Below, piece after piece: positions 35,469 through 47,728 of a stretch of 64,000 bases of DNA (positions within the stretch are counted from its first letter, which is position 1; each line of letters begins with the position of its first letter). The translations under genes and the position numbers were made by a program. The stretch comes from Neophaeotheca triangularis. Taxonomy: Eukaryota. The stretch lies in NCBI GenBank assembly GCA_054600435.1, contig BAAIJX010000002.1, forward strand, positions 682,001-746,000. Reading direction: 5' to 3'. The notes beneath the pieces are model-generated. The model was not told the origin of the DNA. It made no database searches and saw only the letters and a list, made by a program, of their open reading frames with translations.

Positions 35469-36404
35469 TCACGCGCCAAAAGCCGCCTTATTCTCCCTAA
35501 CCCACTCCTCCAACTCCATAGCCGGCCTCCCACCATAACGCTCGACATTCTTGACCCCCTCCTCATAACAAGGCCACGCCTCACCGCCCTTCAACCGCCC
35601 CTGACTCCCCAAAACCTCACACATATACTCCGCCATGGCAGTGGGCATACCCTTAGCCACAAACCCCTTCAGCGCCTGCTCCCTCGTCTGCTCCACCACC
35701 TCCACCTCCCTGCCAAGCACCTTCCCCACAACCTCCACGCACTCCCCCAACCCCCTCCTCCGCGGCCCATACAAATACACCACCCTCCCACCCGCCGCCA
35801 CCGCTCCCTCATCCCCCAACAACCTCCCCGCCACCCGTCCAATATCCGCAGGCGCCACATTATCCTGCACAAACCCCAACCCAAACATCTCAACCCTTCC
35901 CACACGAATGCCCTCGGCATACCTGAGCAAATTGCTCGCGAAAGCTCCCGGACGAAGCGCTACATAGCCCCTGCCGGGGCCTTGAAACAGGTCGGCGAGA
36001 TTCGCTTCCGCTCGCGCGTGCACGTACGGGATGCGGAGCGCGGGGTCCACCTGGCGCAATTCCTTGTCCGTGGGGATGGAGAAACTGCTCACGAAGGCGA
36101 CGAAGTGCACGCCGGCGTCTCGCATCGCGGTGAAGGTTTGCAACATGTGATCGGCGGAGCCGTGGGCGAGGTAGACGAAGGCGCGGCGGGCGTTGGATTT
36201 CTCGATGGCGGCTCGGACGCTTGAGGGGTCTAGGAGGTCGGCGTGCAGTTTTTGCGACTCCGGGTGTGGGGCTGGGAGGTGCGGGATTGGTTTGGATGGG
36301 TCGCGCATTGCTAGCCAGACTGGGGAGGAGCTGTGGGTGAGGGCTGTGAGGGTGGCTATGGAGCCTATGGCGCCTGTTGGGCCGAAGACTATGATGGGGG
36401 ACAT
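35469..36404 (-). CDS. NmrA-like / atypical SDR NAD(P)-binding protein
   Basis: IVFGPTGAIG Rossmann motif, ALRPGAFASN, VAPADIGRVA, LYGP. Confidence 0.85.
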   Translation of the reverse strand: MSPIIVFGPTGAIGSIATLTALTHSSSPVWLAMRDPSKPIPHLPAPHPESQKLHADLLDPSSVRAAIEKSNARRAFVYLAHGSADHMLQTFTAMRDAGVHFVAFVSSFSIPTDKELRQVDPALRIPYVHARAEANLADLFQGPGRGYVALRPGAFASNLLRYAEGIRVGRVEMFGLGFVQDNVAPADIGRVAGRLLGDEGAVAAGGRVVYLYGPRRRGLGECVEVVGKVLGREVEVVEQTREQALKGFVAKGMPTAMAEYMCEVLGSQGRLKGGEAWPCYEEGVKNVERYGGRPAMELEEWVRENKAAFGA

Positions 36405-36772
36405 TTTTGTGGTGTTAATTGGGCGCCGACTGGCCTATCGGATGGTGGTTTAGGGGTGGTGTGGTGGTGAGGTTATCGGGGTAAGTAGTCGAGGGACCAG
36501 AGTGGGTGTGGCCGTGTTGTGACGGTGTAGAACGAACATTCGAGGAGAGAGTACGAAAGCTCCAATGGCAGTAGCAAGAAACCATACCGTCTTGATACTT
36601 ATAGCCGCGTCGTCACGGACCCTACAGCAAGGTTCACCCGAAGCTATTCAATCCTGATGACTTAAGCCTCGAAGCGTATGCGACCGAGCGGTATGCAGGC
36701 AGCAGTCCGTCGATAGCCTACCTGGCGAATTGAATAACTCACATCGATGACCCCCCGGTGCATCCTGCGATT

Positions 36773-36792
36773 GGGGGGGGGGGGGGGGGGGG
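36773..36792. repeat. Poly-G tract (20 nt)
   Basis: Direct reading. Confidence 0.9.
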
Positions 36793-37796
36793 AGAAAACA
36801 ACCCGACACATTTGTTAAACTCCGACCGGAGCCAACTGAAGTCTGGTAGTCGGCGGAGTTACAGCTAGTCAGCAGCGACCGGCGACCGGCAATCGGCACG
36901 TCTTGCACGCCGACGTCGGCTGACTGGATGCTAATAAGGTATGCAGGTGGTAGACGGTAAGGTGTGGTCGGAGGTTCTCCAAACCGTCGCACCGGCCGGG
37001 CGGTTATTATTATTGAGAGATTTATTATCGCCCGGTCTTCATCAATAACGACGAGAAAAGCAGTCGACAAGGATCCAATGGCTTGCTCGGCCGAGGTGCT
37101 GTAACAGGCGATACCTCTGTCGCACTCGCGATGCGGCAAAAGCAAGATCCAGTGCCGATTCGGTCGTTTCCATTGTTTCCCTTCTATAGAGCGCAACGGA
37201 GAGGTGCTGGCGGCTAGATTGCTAGGTGCTCACGCCACAGACAGGACGGGAAGAAACGACCTGTCGAAACAATGACTCTGGCCGCTTGCACGACACGTCC
37301 GCTCGACTCGGAAAGCAAACGCGGATCCTACACATATTGCGAGCGCATTAGTAAAGCTCCAGCAAGAAGGAAGCAATACATCGACGGCTTGAGATGGACT
37401 TCTCGTGTATCAGTGTGATGTAGTAGTAGTAGTAATAATAAACTACAGCGTGCCTTTCGCCTCGAGGGGCAAGGAGACAGCACACGCCTCGTCGTCTCGG
37501 GCGACAGCTTGTTTCTTGATATCTAGTAGCAACGGGTAATATGGCCATCAGCAAAACAAGTCCGTCGTCGTCGTTGAGCAACAATCTGCCACGACCATTA
37601 ACGCCTCGCTCTAAACCACCGACTTGACTACGAGAAAAAGTGAAAAAAAAAAAAAAAAAAACCTTGCTCGCTCGCGCAGCCGAATCGACGAGCAAGCGAA
37701 ACTCCAAAAACACCATCGCTAGGTCCACGCGCGAAACTCACGCGCTCGTTCTCATGAAACATTCGTCCCTCGTCTCAATTCCGGCGTCGAACTCAC

Positions 37797-39689
37797 TCAT
37801 CGAATAATACCCCACTCCCCGACGATGCCCTTGCGCGCCGACTTCTCCTTCTTGCCGAAAACGTCCCAGAAGCGCAAAGTCTCGTCGCCAGCACCGGTGA
37901 CGATGACCGCGCCGTCGGGTGACATGGCTAAGTACAGAACGCGGTAGGTGTGGCCCGTGAGCGAGACGACTTGCTGCATGCTCGGGTACTTCCAAATGTT
38001 GATGGCGTGTTGGGAGTAGCCGTGGGTGGAGACGAGCTCGCTGGTGGTGCTGCTGAAGAGGAGGTTGCAGACTTGGCTGCCGGTGTCGTGGGAGCGGAGG
38101 AGGTGGGGGTTGGGCGTGGGTTGGTTTTGCGGGATGGGGAGGTTGTTGGTGTTGGGCGAGTCGAGGAGGGAGGGGGAGGAGTGGGCTGAGGGCAGGTTGA
38201 GGCTGAGGTTTGCTTGGTCCGGTGGGATGCCGGTGGCACTGGTAGTTTGCATGGTTTGCGCGGTGGATATCGTGTTCCAGAACTTAATATTGCGGTCTGC
38301 AGTTCCGCCGCCGGAGGCTAGCAGGCCGCGTTGGTGAGGGGACCAGGCTATCGCTTTGACGGCCGCCTTGTGACCGCCTTCTTGCTCGCCCCAGCGGTGT
38401 TGCCAGCGGGCGTCCATCTTGTCCCAGACGAAGATTTTGTTGTCGTTGCCACCGGACGCCAATTGCTCCGTGTCTTGGTTCCACTTCAAGCCGCAGACTT
38501 CTTGCTTGTGGCCGGTGAGTTTGGCTATGGATTGAGCGGGCATGCGAACGTCACGGTGGAGAATCGAGCGGTCACGAGAGCCTGTCGACAAAACGTGGGC
38601 GTTCCAAGCAAGACTGCTGATGCGTGCTGAGTGGCCTGTCATTGTACGTAGACGGCGCTCGGCGACTGTGTCGTAGATCAAGAGGAGTCCCTTATTCGTG
38701 CCAATTGCCAAGTGCGAGCCCCTTTGAATCCAGCTGACGCTCGTGACTGTATCGCCTTCGAGGTTGCAAAGTTGCTTGACGATCCCGGTCTCCCTACTCC
38801 AGAGGTACACTGCCGCACCCAGTCCGACAGCCAAAACGTCTGTCGAACCCCAGTCTACAAGGTTGAGATAGAAGTCGTCCGCCAGCTCCGGCGCATCAAG
38901 AACCTTATAGGGTACCTTGCTGACCGCTCTTGGCGTCTTCCTGGGAGACAATAGCATGGACTGTGAGGAGCGCTTGACTGGGGAGAGACTGTAGATGTCT
39001 GATCGAGCGTTGATGTTGGGACCGCGATCGCTGCGTGAGATGGAGCGTGGTGTGAGTGATGGAGTGGCATTGTTGCCGTAGGAGAAAAGGTTCTTGTGAG
39101 GTGTTGATGGTGTGAGGTTGAATCCACCCGCGGGTCCGCCATTCGTGGGTGGAGTTCTCGCCTTCGTGCTTGTCCCCGTATCACGCTGTGGTATTGACTG
39201 TGGCACCTCGCCGTCGAACATCTCGGATCGTAGTAGTGAAGAATAGGTCCGGTTCGCCTCTCTCTTCTGGAAGTGGATCTCGCTCGAAGCCATGCGCTTG
39301 TGAGATTTTGATGGAGTCGCAGGCGATCCCTCCTCATGGAGCAAGCTGTAGCTCGCTGGCAAGTCCTGTCCTTGACGATTGGGTATGAATCTGTCGCCCA
39401 CTCCCGAATTGACCTTCTGTCTCTTCCGACTCGGGCTACCGCTCGGAGTGATCTCTCGCCTTTTGCCGGCATCCTCGACCTGGCGCAAAGCCTTGCTGAG
39501 CGCTGCCGAATTGACAGGCTCACTCCCGGATCGCGGGGCCCCGTTTGCGCCAGTGGCTTTGCTGTGCGATCGCTTGCCAGTGTGAGTCTGCGGCTCTTTC
39601 GGTGCCGGAGGTGACATAGTGGATGATGGTTGTCTGTGTTCTGACGTGGTTGGACGGTTTGTGGTGTCGGCGACAGCAGAGTCGTCCAT
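37797..39689 (-). CDS. CDH1: APC/C activator Cdh1/Fizzy-related (WD40)
   Basis: C-box DRFIPNR, KVLDAPELADDFYLNLVDW, WD40 repeats, C-terminal IR tail; many S/T-P sites; likely ATG at 39689. Confidence 0.93.
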   Translation of the reverse strand: MDDSAVADTTNRPTTSEHRQPSSTMSPPAPKEPQTHTGKRSHSKATGANGAPRSGSEPVNSAALSKALRQVEDAGKRREITPSGSPSRKRQKVNSGVGDRFIPNRQGQDLPASYSLLHEEGSPATPSKSHKRMASSEIHFQKREANRTYSSLLRSEMFDGEVPQSIPQRDTGTSTKARTPPTNGGPAGGFNLTPSTPHKNLFSYGNNATPSLTPRSISRSDRGPNINARSDIYSLSPVKRSSQSMLLSPRKTPRAVSKVPYKVLDAPELADDFYLNLVDWGSTDVLAVGLGAAVYLWSRETGIVKQLCNLEGDTVTSVSWIQRGSHLAIGTNKGLLLIYDTVAERRLRTMTGHSARISSLAWNAHVLSTGSRDRSILHRDVRMPAQSIAKLTGHKQEVCGLKWNQDTEQLASGGNDNKIFVWDKMDARWQHRWGEQEGGHKAAVKAIAWSPHQRGLLASGGGTADRNIKFWNTISTAQTMQTTSATGIPPDQANLSLNLPSAHSSPSLLDSPNTNNLPIPQNQPTPNPHLLRSHDTGSQVCNLLFSSTTSELVSTHGYSQHAINIWKYPSMQQVVSLTGHTYRVLYLAMSPDGAVIVTGAGDETLRFWDVFGKKEKSARKGIVGEWGIIR

Positions 39690-42177
39690 GTTTGCAAACG
39701 GATGAGGTGGTGTCGGGTTGTGGTGAGGTGAAGTAAAGCGACGGTCGAGGCGCAAACAATGCGACCGGGCCCTCAGGCACCCAATTGACACTTGTAGAGC
39801 AACGCCAGGCTTAGCAATGTCGCAGTGTCGAATACGAAGCGCTCAGTGGCGAAAGAGAGGTCGTTTTGGTGGCCGCGAAGTTGGTTGCTATGCGCAATCT
39901 CCCTTGTTTCCCTCAGCAAGTTCCCTTGAGTATAACTAGCGAACCCTTGCAGTATGCTTTGTACTGTACACGCATGCGCAACGTCGCAATCTGTACAAGC
40001 GAGTGAGTGAGGTGGATTTCGGTGAAGGTGGAGGAATGTGAGTGAATGAGTGTCGCAAGCAATGCTGTCGCTGATGTTGTTGTGGTCGCCGAGAGAGGAA
40101 GTGGGAGAGTTGGGCTGGGTTGGATTGGTATCGATAGGAGATTCCAGTAGTGTCACTGCGAAGCGGGAGGCTGGAGGGAAGGAGCGCGCGCGTCTTGGCA
40201 AACGCGACTTCCTTTCTGCGACCACTTTAAGATTGTTAGGCTCCCTCTCTTCACTTTCACCTTCACCTCACTTCACCTGACTTGACTTCCTCACCTGACA
40301 TACCTCTTGGCGAGCGATGCGAAAAGTTATCAGGATGTATCGACTGTCATGAATACCGCAAGCATCATCGACGAGCAGTACCGATGAGGGGGTCAACTCA
40401 AAAGTGAACCTGTCTCAGTGCCTCGTGCAGAAAGAAATGCGACTTGTCACAACGCGCTGGCCAAATCCGGCCACGAAAGCAACAAACAAGGTCTGCTTCT
40501 ACTGACCAGTGACCGCGGCAAAATACTACAATAATCCCACATGGACCACTGAACAGCACAAGCTACACGCGTAGACCCGCCGTCAGGCCAGCCATTGCAA
40601 GTTCGAGCGCCAAACAGCAATGCTACTGCGTCCAAAGGCACGTGATAGCGCGAATGATTGGCTGGAAAGCTCTCCCTGCGTTGTTGTGTTTCACAACTGC
40701 CTGCCGCCACGGCTTTGCTTCTGTACGCTGGACATGGAACTATGGATACGGTTAGCTATTTTGTAACGCGATTGCTTCTCGTCCCTCTTCAGTCTCCCCT
40801 TTGAAGCTCTCGGCTACTTTTGACAATCAACATCCATCACAGACACTCTTCTGCATTTCTCGAAACCGTCGAGATTACAAAGCCAGCCGACACCTGATTC
40901 AAACCACCAGAGCATTCCCAACTCGGTTTTCTTGTTTCTTGCCGGACGATTCTTATTGCCCAGACGACAATCATGCCGAACATCTCATCTCTTGCCAAGT
41001 TCCACCAACCTTGGACCCATTTGGTCGTAGGACCCAAGCCTCTGCTCATCACCAGACCGCACTCCAGGCTGTGAGAGCCCCGATTCCTTCCGTAACATGC
41101 GGTAGATCGAGGGATCCTGGTGCGATATGCAACTTATGCACCGCTGCAGGCGCGTCCACTCTGGGCTGAAGATATGTGGCGATCAAAAGACAGCGTTTAC
41201 CCACTTATAACCAAGAATTAAGACTCTGGGAAGTAATGGAGCCGATCACCATGGCAAAAGCGCTCAATCGTGCGTCGATGGACAGGAAGCTCAGTTCGGT
41301 CATAAAAGTCAGAAAAGAAGTTACACGTCGGTCGAATGCTTGCGGTACCGAGTTGACGCAGAGTGATCGCAGAGACCAGATCAAGTTCTTGGTCGACGGC
41401 CACTTTGTCAAGCCCAACAACACTTTTTCCGTTACTACGGGGAAAGCTGAAGAGCTGAGCAAGATTTTTGGGGAATGAGCGGGTCTTGTTATGATGTTGA
41501 CCCTGGAACGCTTTCTTTCATGATCATTCTCTTTCCAACGAATTAGCGGGGTGCAATGCCTCGCTCGACTCTTCGAGGATAGCGGAATCGGGTGACGCTT
41601 GCTCTGTTGCCTATCTTTCTCTTTTTGCGATCTGTGTTGCATTTTTGCGCCCTACAACTTTCATTCGCCAGCTAATAGCCTCGTGCCACCTCAACCTTTG
41701 TCGCAGTGACTGCATCCCGATAAAAACGGTAGGTGTCAAACAACAATGACTTGCATGCAGAGTGCTTGCTACCCAGCTTTTCTTTGTCCAAGACGAATGA
41801 TTCAGACCTTTCTATCGTTTCGTCGCCCGGCACTGCTGTCAGACAACAAACCTGAGGCAACGGCTAAAGGCATTCGCGACTGCCATGATGTTTGGCGCCA
41901 TACTTTGCAACCAGTATACCAACCTCGACCGCAACAAATGGCTTCGAGACAATAGCGAGTCCCTCTAGCCCAATGCAGTGCCAGCAACAATTCCTTCGTT
42001 AAACAACAAAGACACCCTCGAGACTCATTCACGACCTCCCTCGCCGGATCCGGCCCACGACGAAACAAAGACAATCGACCCCATTAACCTCGACCCCAGC
42101 CACGATGGGATGATCCTACAACCCCTTCCCCATTTTGCATCCCCTATACCCAACTACGTTACTCCAGACACGAGATC

Positions 42178-43074
42178 ATGGCCCCCAAGAGAAAGAGCAA
42201 CGACCTTCGCCGCCGCGCCACCCGGGCCGCAGCAAACGCGTCCCCCTCGACCCCCAGCTCCAGCCGCGTGGCCAAGCGGTCTCCCAAAAAGCGCACCCCC
42301 TCGCCCCCAGGCACACCTCCCCGAACCCGCAAGTCACCAGGTACAACCGGCGGGCTAAGCACCACCCGCAGCGGGCGCGCCTACGCACCGCCCCTGACCC
42401 CACGGCCCACGGACATGGCCGAAATCTGGGAGGACATCAACACGGGGTTCGCGAAACGACTGCTGAGCGACAGACGATCGCAATTGGAGATCCAAGCCAT
42501 TGCCGCGGCGGTGGTGAAGACGATCGAGGAGAGGAAGATGCTGCAAGGGCATGGAAGCTTCTTGCGGCAGTTGGTGGGGGTTTTTGTGGCCTTGGCTGTG
42601 AATGGGCTGGTGAGCGGGACGAATGCCGTGGCCGCGAGAGCGCCTGAGGAGTGGAACGTCGAATTTCAGGCTTTGCGGTTGGCGTATGTGGAGTTGTATC
42701 CGCAGAGGGGGGTTTTGGAGGAATGTCTAGCGGAAAGGGGTTTGGAGGGGTTGGTGGAGGAGTTGCCGGTGCCGGAGGATAAGGACGGGGACGAGATGGA
42801 TGTGGAGGAGATTGGCAGAAAGTTGGTTGTTGAGGACGCTAAGGGTGTGAGATCGGAGAAGACGTTTGAATTTGCTAAGAGGATGTTTGAGGGCAAAGGA
42901 AGCGGGTTGAAGATTGGTGAGGGTGTTGCTGAGGAGGAGGATGTTGTGGAGAGCATCGAGGAGGGAATGGGAAGTGTTAGTGTTAGTGAGGGTGAGGGGG
43001 AGGGGGGAGGGGAGGCTGAGTTGAGGAGGTCGAAGCGGAGCAGGGAGCCGAGGTCGCGGTTTGATTTTTCTTGA
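42178..43074 (+). CDS. Hypothetical protein with basic S/T-P-rich N-terminus and acidic C-terminus
   Basis: 298-aa ORF starting MAPKRK (NLS-like) in a good ATG context; no recognisable domain. Confidence 0.6.
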   Translation: MAPKRKSNDLRRRATRAAANASPSTPSSSRVAKRSPKKRTPSPPGTPPRTRKSPGTTGGLSTTRSGRAYAPPLTPRPTDMAEIWEDINTGFAKRLLSDRRSQLEIQAIAAAVVKTIEERKMLQGHGSFLRQLVGVFVALAVNGLVSGTNAVAARAPEEWNVEFQALRLAYVELYPQRGVLEECLAERGLEGLVEELPVPEDKDGDEMDVEEIGRKLVVEDAKGVRSEKTFEFAKRMFEGKGSGLKIGEGVAEEEDVVESIEEGMGSVSVSEGEGEGGGEAELRRSKRSREPRSRFDFS

Positions 43075-43344
43075 GGAATTTCTAGTTCGAGGAGGCGGGT
43101 CGTCTGTCTGGGTAGTCGAGGTATTGGTATTTCATTTCCCTTTGACAGGAGCCGCGTGCTTCACCATATTATTGCAACTAGTTATTAACACGCCATCGTG
43201 TCTCCAACAGCCGTAGTTTAGCCGAAGAAATCCTTTTTCCTCGAACCCAGTGTTGGAGAATACTCCTACACCTATGTTAGTGTCGCAACAATCACTCTTG
43301 GTTCGCCCCTTAGCCAGAAACCCGCAAAACTCCGAGCCAATCCA

Positions 43345-44798
43345 ATGTTTAAAATGCCTGATCACCTCCTGCCCAGGAAGGGCTCGAAACAAATCACCGA
43401 GTCGAAATATCTCACGGGCGACAAGAAGGGGATCCAAGAGTTCATTGATCGCTTTGATGTATGTGTTCTCTGCATGCGCTTTAGTTTAGGGTTTCACGCG
43501 CATCTCTGACACCGTTCTGATCACTAGGTTTTCTTGTTCGATTGCGATGGTACGCCACTTTCGGCCTTTGCCTTTACCCGGTGACTTGACGCTTGTTGGA
43601 GAGCTTTCATTGTGGCTTTTGGGTAGAAAGCCTGTACTGATTAGACGCTCCGTGAAGTATAGGCGTGCTCTGGTCTGGCGATCATCTTTTTGAGGGTACC
43701 GGTGAGGTGCTGGACTGGTTGAGAGGGCAAGGTTGGTTTACCCTCTCCTTACTCTACCCTTTTCGTTTGGTTTCTTGCAATAGTGCGGCGGGGTGTACTT
43801 GCTTTACTAGCAAGAGCGACCGGGTATTGGGTCTATTGTGTCGTTACATGCTTGGAAACAATGGCAGGGGACAAGAAGAGAGTCCATCCTCGAGGGACTC
43901 CTTGGTCGACGGCTCGCTGCATTGTATAGTTGCTGACTTTGGTACAGGGAAGCAGCTCGTCTTCGTGACAAACAACAGCACCAAGTCCCGAGCCGACTAC
44001 AAGAAGAAGTTTGATGGAATGGGTATCAAATGCAGCGAAGTATGTCCACCACAACAAGCTATCAAGACTTTGGGGAAATCAGCAAACTAATCAACCCTTT
44101 TCCAGGACGAAGTCTTCGGCTCCTCCTACAGCGCAGCAGTCTACATCTCGCGCATTATGGCCCTCCCGCCCCCTCAAAACAAAGTCTACGTCTTAGGCGA
44201 AACGGGCATAGAGCAAGAGCTCGAAAGCGAAAACGTGCCCTACTGCGGCGGCACCGACCCCTCTCTACGTCGCGACATGGAACCCGAAGATTTCAAGAAA
44301 ATCGCCTCCGGGGACTCGGAGCTCCTAGACCCAAATGTCGGCATCGTCCTAACCGGCCTCGACTACCACCTCTCCTACCTGAAGATCGCTCTCGGGCAAG
44401 CTTATATACGTCGTGGAGCGAAGTTCTTAGCTACGAACACGGATTCCACTCTTCCTTCCGCGAACTCGCTCTTCCCAGGTGCTGGCGCTACTTCTGCTCC
44501 CCTTGTTAAGGCGAGTGGACAAGAGCCTCTAGCATTAGGAAAACCCAGTCAGGCCATGATGGATGCCATTGAGGGAAAGTTCCAAAGTGAGGGAAAGTCA
44601 CAATTCGACCGCAGCCGGACTTGCATGATCGGTGATCGGCTAGATACGGATATCCGGTTTGGGATCGAGGGTGGTCTAGGCGGGACTTTAGCAGTGCTTA
44701 CGGGGGTTAGTACTAAGGAAGAGTTTGTTGGTGAGAAGGCTGGGGAGGTTAGGCCGATGGCTTATGTCGACAAGTTGGGGGATTTGCTTGGGCGGTAA
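43345..44798 (+). CDS. PHO13: HAD-IIA phosphatase, 4-nitrophenylphosphatase/phosphoglycolate phosphatase (Pho13-like); exons 43345-43458, 43528-43549, 43663-43731, 43948-44039, 44106-44798
   Basis: Spliced FDVFLFDCDGVLW motif I, FVTNNSTKSR, ATNTD, GKPS, MIGDRLDTDI, VLTGV; start may be at 43354. Confidence 0.9.
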
Positions 44799-45306
44799 GG
44801 AGGGTTGCAGTTGGGCTATTTTTTCTTAATATTGTCAACACAAGGTAGGTAGGAAGTAAAGCTACGCAGCTCAAGGGGTCATTCCTTCGAGCGAGGTGAC
44901 CGTTCTCCCTTCTTGAAACCCCTTCATTCTCCTTCATTTTCTCGTCTCGCGCTGTAACACGGATATTCAGAGATTCCACAGGGTTTCAGAGCTTCACAGC
45001 ATAGCTAGCAGTCAAGGCAGGTCTTGTTACAGTCGCTCTATCTGTAACCAAAATGTCAGAGACTATCCCCTTTCGCAAGTGGACTTGTGTTGCAGCAGGC
45101 TTAACTGCACCTAAGAGCTGTCAATGAGTAATACTTGCAACTGAGAAAGGGGCGTTCTGACCATCGCTGTCCTTGCCAAACGAAACGTATCTCCCCCCTC
45201 TTCTCTCTCTGCCCCCAACCCAACACCCCAACCATCGAAACAACACCACCAACCCAACCCGAACCCACCCCAAATCCATACCATACCAAAAAAACCAAAA
45301 AACCAA

Positions 45307-46167
45307 ATGCCCCCGAAACTCGCCCCCTTCCTCCGCGCCGGCATCAAAGCCGCCCGCGCCCAACCCCCACCCGCAACCTCCCTCCTCTGCCCCATCTGCC
45401 AAGACACGCAAGCAATCCTGATCCCAGTCCTAACCCCGTGCGGCCACTACTTTTGCAAAGAATGCTTGCTGGACAACGCCGAACACCGCAACACGTGCCC
45501 GACTTGTCGGATGGAGCTTTTTGCTGCGGATTATGAAAACCGCGACGAAGCTGCGGGGGCGCCTGAGCATGAGGATCAGATTTCGCCGGAGGCTTTGGAG
45601 GAGAATGGGTGGTTGGAGGAGATTGCTAGGGAAGGGAGGATGGGGAGGAGGCGGAGAGTGAGGGGGGTGAGAGTTGAGATGGGGCCGGAGGAGTATCTCT
45701 CGCTGTGGGAGGAAGCTGTTGTGGGGGGTGGGAGGAATGAGAGGGCTTTCGAGGAGGGGCGAAGTTGGCCGGATTTGACGCCAAGGATGGGGAGGGAGGG
45801 GGCTGCCGGGGGGTTTGATACGGCAGGTGTTCTACGATGGATGGACGAAAACCGCATTGGCCCAGGTTTGGGACATCCAGAGGAATGGGAGGATGTAAGC
45901 GGGCGCTCGCTGGGCCCGGATCTTTATGAACGGGGTTTGATGGCCGCAGGGAGGCATCGGACAGTCTGCCGTCCGATGGAGGCGCGGCGCATGCTTTATC
46001 AAGATGGCGGCAGGTCGAGACTGCGGGACGGGGAGGCGCGGATGACGGCGGGCTCTCCTAGACGATCAACGAATCGATCGACGGACTATCGTCGCGACCA
46101 TCCTCGACATGGTTTCTTTCAAGGTTTGGCGCGCCGTGCCCTGCACAGACTCACCTCTCACCTGTGA
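45307..46167 (+). CDS. C3HC4 RING-finger protein (putative E3 ligase) with low-complexity C-terminus
   Basis: CPIC..TPCGHYFCKEC..TCPTCR. Confidence 0.75.
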   Translation: MPPKLAPFLRAGIKAARAQPPPATSLLCPICQDTQAILIPVLTPCGHYFCKECLLDNAEHRNTCPTCRMELFAADYENRDEAAGAPEHEDQISPEALEENGWLEEIAREGRMGRRRRVRGVRVEMGPEEYLSLWEEAVVGGGRNERAFEEGRSWPDLTPRMGREGAAGGFDTAGVLRWMDENRIGPGLGHPEEWEDVSGRSLGPDLYERGLMAAGRHRTVCRPMEARRMLYQDGGRSRLRDGEARMTAGSPRRSTNRSTDYRRDHPRHGFFQGLARRALHRLTSHL

Positions 46168-46240
46168 ACGCTGAAAGGTAATAATGTACAATGACCATAT
46201 TTCATATTGTACATACCTTACAAAGTTGGTTATTCAGCTC

Positions 46241-47728
46241 TCATTCAATATCCTCCCACTCGTCCTCATCATCCGGCTCGCCCATGATACCCCTCCACGC
46301 CCTATCCGCCAAGCCCTTCTTCTGCACCATAGCCAAGACCAACACAATCGGCAGCTGCCAAACCGAAGCCCAGAACAGTGCTCTCGCGGAGCCCTTCTCG
46401 CCATTATGCCGCCACATGCGTATCGCCTCTCTGACCATCCACCCATTGATAAGCGAGCTCGTAGCCACAAAAGCTGGGTCGGTAACCCCGTAGTAAGACA
46501 GCCCGAAACATATCGGAAACATGAGAAGGGAATATCGCAAAGACACTCGCGCTGCCATGGGTATGTTGGTTGATGTGAGCATCTTGTAGCCTGCTGAAGC
46601 ATACTCGTGTCGCACAGCGTGAGATAAGGCGAAGAAGTGGGGAAACTGCCATGCGAAGAGAAGACCGGCGAGGAGCCAACCACCTATGGCTTGATGCGTG
46701 AAGAGGAGCTCTTTGCTCTCTTCCCAGACCCCTGCTGCGCCCGGAGTGGTTATGGGAGCGGTTGTTGAGTACTGGGATGCTGCGGCCACCCAGCCCATGA
46801 GCGGGGGTACTGCGCCTACTATTGCGCCAACCCAGGTATTTACGGGGTGTATACGCTTCAAGGCAGTGTAGGCAAAGGCGTAGAGTGCAATGTTGCTGGC
46901 GCCTAGGAGGGCTGTGGTTGGATTGACGCCGTACCACAGCTCTAGTGTACCCAGAGCTCCCGTCGCTATGGCGAAAAGCACTGCTGCGCGCTTGGAGATG
47001 AGGTTCCGGACCAGCGGCCGGTTCCGAGTGCGGCTCATTTTGGCATCATGTGCCGGTTCGAAAAGCATGTTCAGGGTATTTGCGCTTGCAATTGTGAGGA
47101 AAGTTCCGGTGGTCAGGAACAGCAGTGTCAAGGTGGAGAGTGAGGGCGCTGCTGTCGCCGAAGTGCTTAATAGCGCCGGAACTGGATATGTCGAATATGA
47201 TGCGGTTGTGGTGAGTACAATCAAGAAAGCCAGGCGAGGCTTCGTGAGCGCCAGATAGGTGGATATCGTTCGACGCATGGATTTGGCGGGCGATGCCTCC
47301 GCCGCCTTAGACAAAGTCGACGAGGCATCCGGAGGCAGCGGTACGTCAGCCGCAGGGTTTGCAGCGCTCTCGGACTCTTTCAGACGTCTCCTCCGTCGGT
47401 GTGGTAGCTCCTCTGGTATCGCTCGACCGTGTCCCCGGGGATGGGGCGCCCTTGATGTGAACGAAGGCACGTCTTCGGTGGGTACCGCTACCGCCTTCCT
47501 CGCACCATTTCGCCTCCCATCCTGACTCTTGTGTTGTGCATTGGCCCAAAAGTACTTCCTATCAACGCCTTTACCATGCGCCGCCGCCAGTTGCTGTATG
47601 GGACTCCGGGTGGAGAAAGCCTCCTTTCTCAGCCTAATATTGCTTGCGCATCGTGAAGGGCAGAACGAGCGCAATGACCCGTTACTCAAGAAGCGTAACA
47701 GCGCCGAGCTGGGCGGCCGTAAGGGCAT
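46241..47728 (-). CDS. COX10: Protoheme IX farnesyltransferase, mitochondrial
   Basis: [53 protein letters not shown]; Arg/Ser-rich presequence from ATG 47728. Confidence 0.95.
   Translation of the reverse strand: MPLRPPSSALLRFLSNGSLRSFCPSRCASNIRLRKEAFSTRSPIQQLAAAHGKGVDRKYFWANAQHKSQDGRRNGARKAVAVPTEDVPSFTSRAPHPRGHGRAIPEELPHRRRRRLKESESAANPAADVPLPPDASSTLSKAAEASPAKSMRRTISTYLALTKPRLAFLIVLTTTASYSTYPVPALLSTSATAAPSLSTLTLLFLTTGTFLTIASANTLNMLFEPAHDAKMSRTRNRPLVRNLISKRAAVLFAIATGALGTLELWYGVNPTTALLGASNIALYAFAYTALKRIHPVNTWVGAIVGAVPPLMGWVAAASQYSTTAPITTPGAAGVWEESKELLFTHQAIGGWLLAGLLFAWQFPHFFALSHAVRHEYASAGYKMLTSTNIPMAARVSLRYSLLMFPICFGLSYYGVTDPAFVATSSLINGWMVREAIRMWRHNGEKGSARALFWASVWQLPIVLVLAMVQKKGLADRAWRGIMGEPDDEDEWEDIE

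Noticed and set aside
43731..43790. Possible stwintron (G|GTTGGT...TAG|TGCGG) in pho13 intron 3
   Set aside because: Two-step splicing would shift the frame and no internal branch point is evident; the simple intron already gives QGKQLVF
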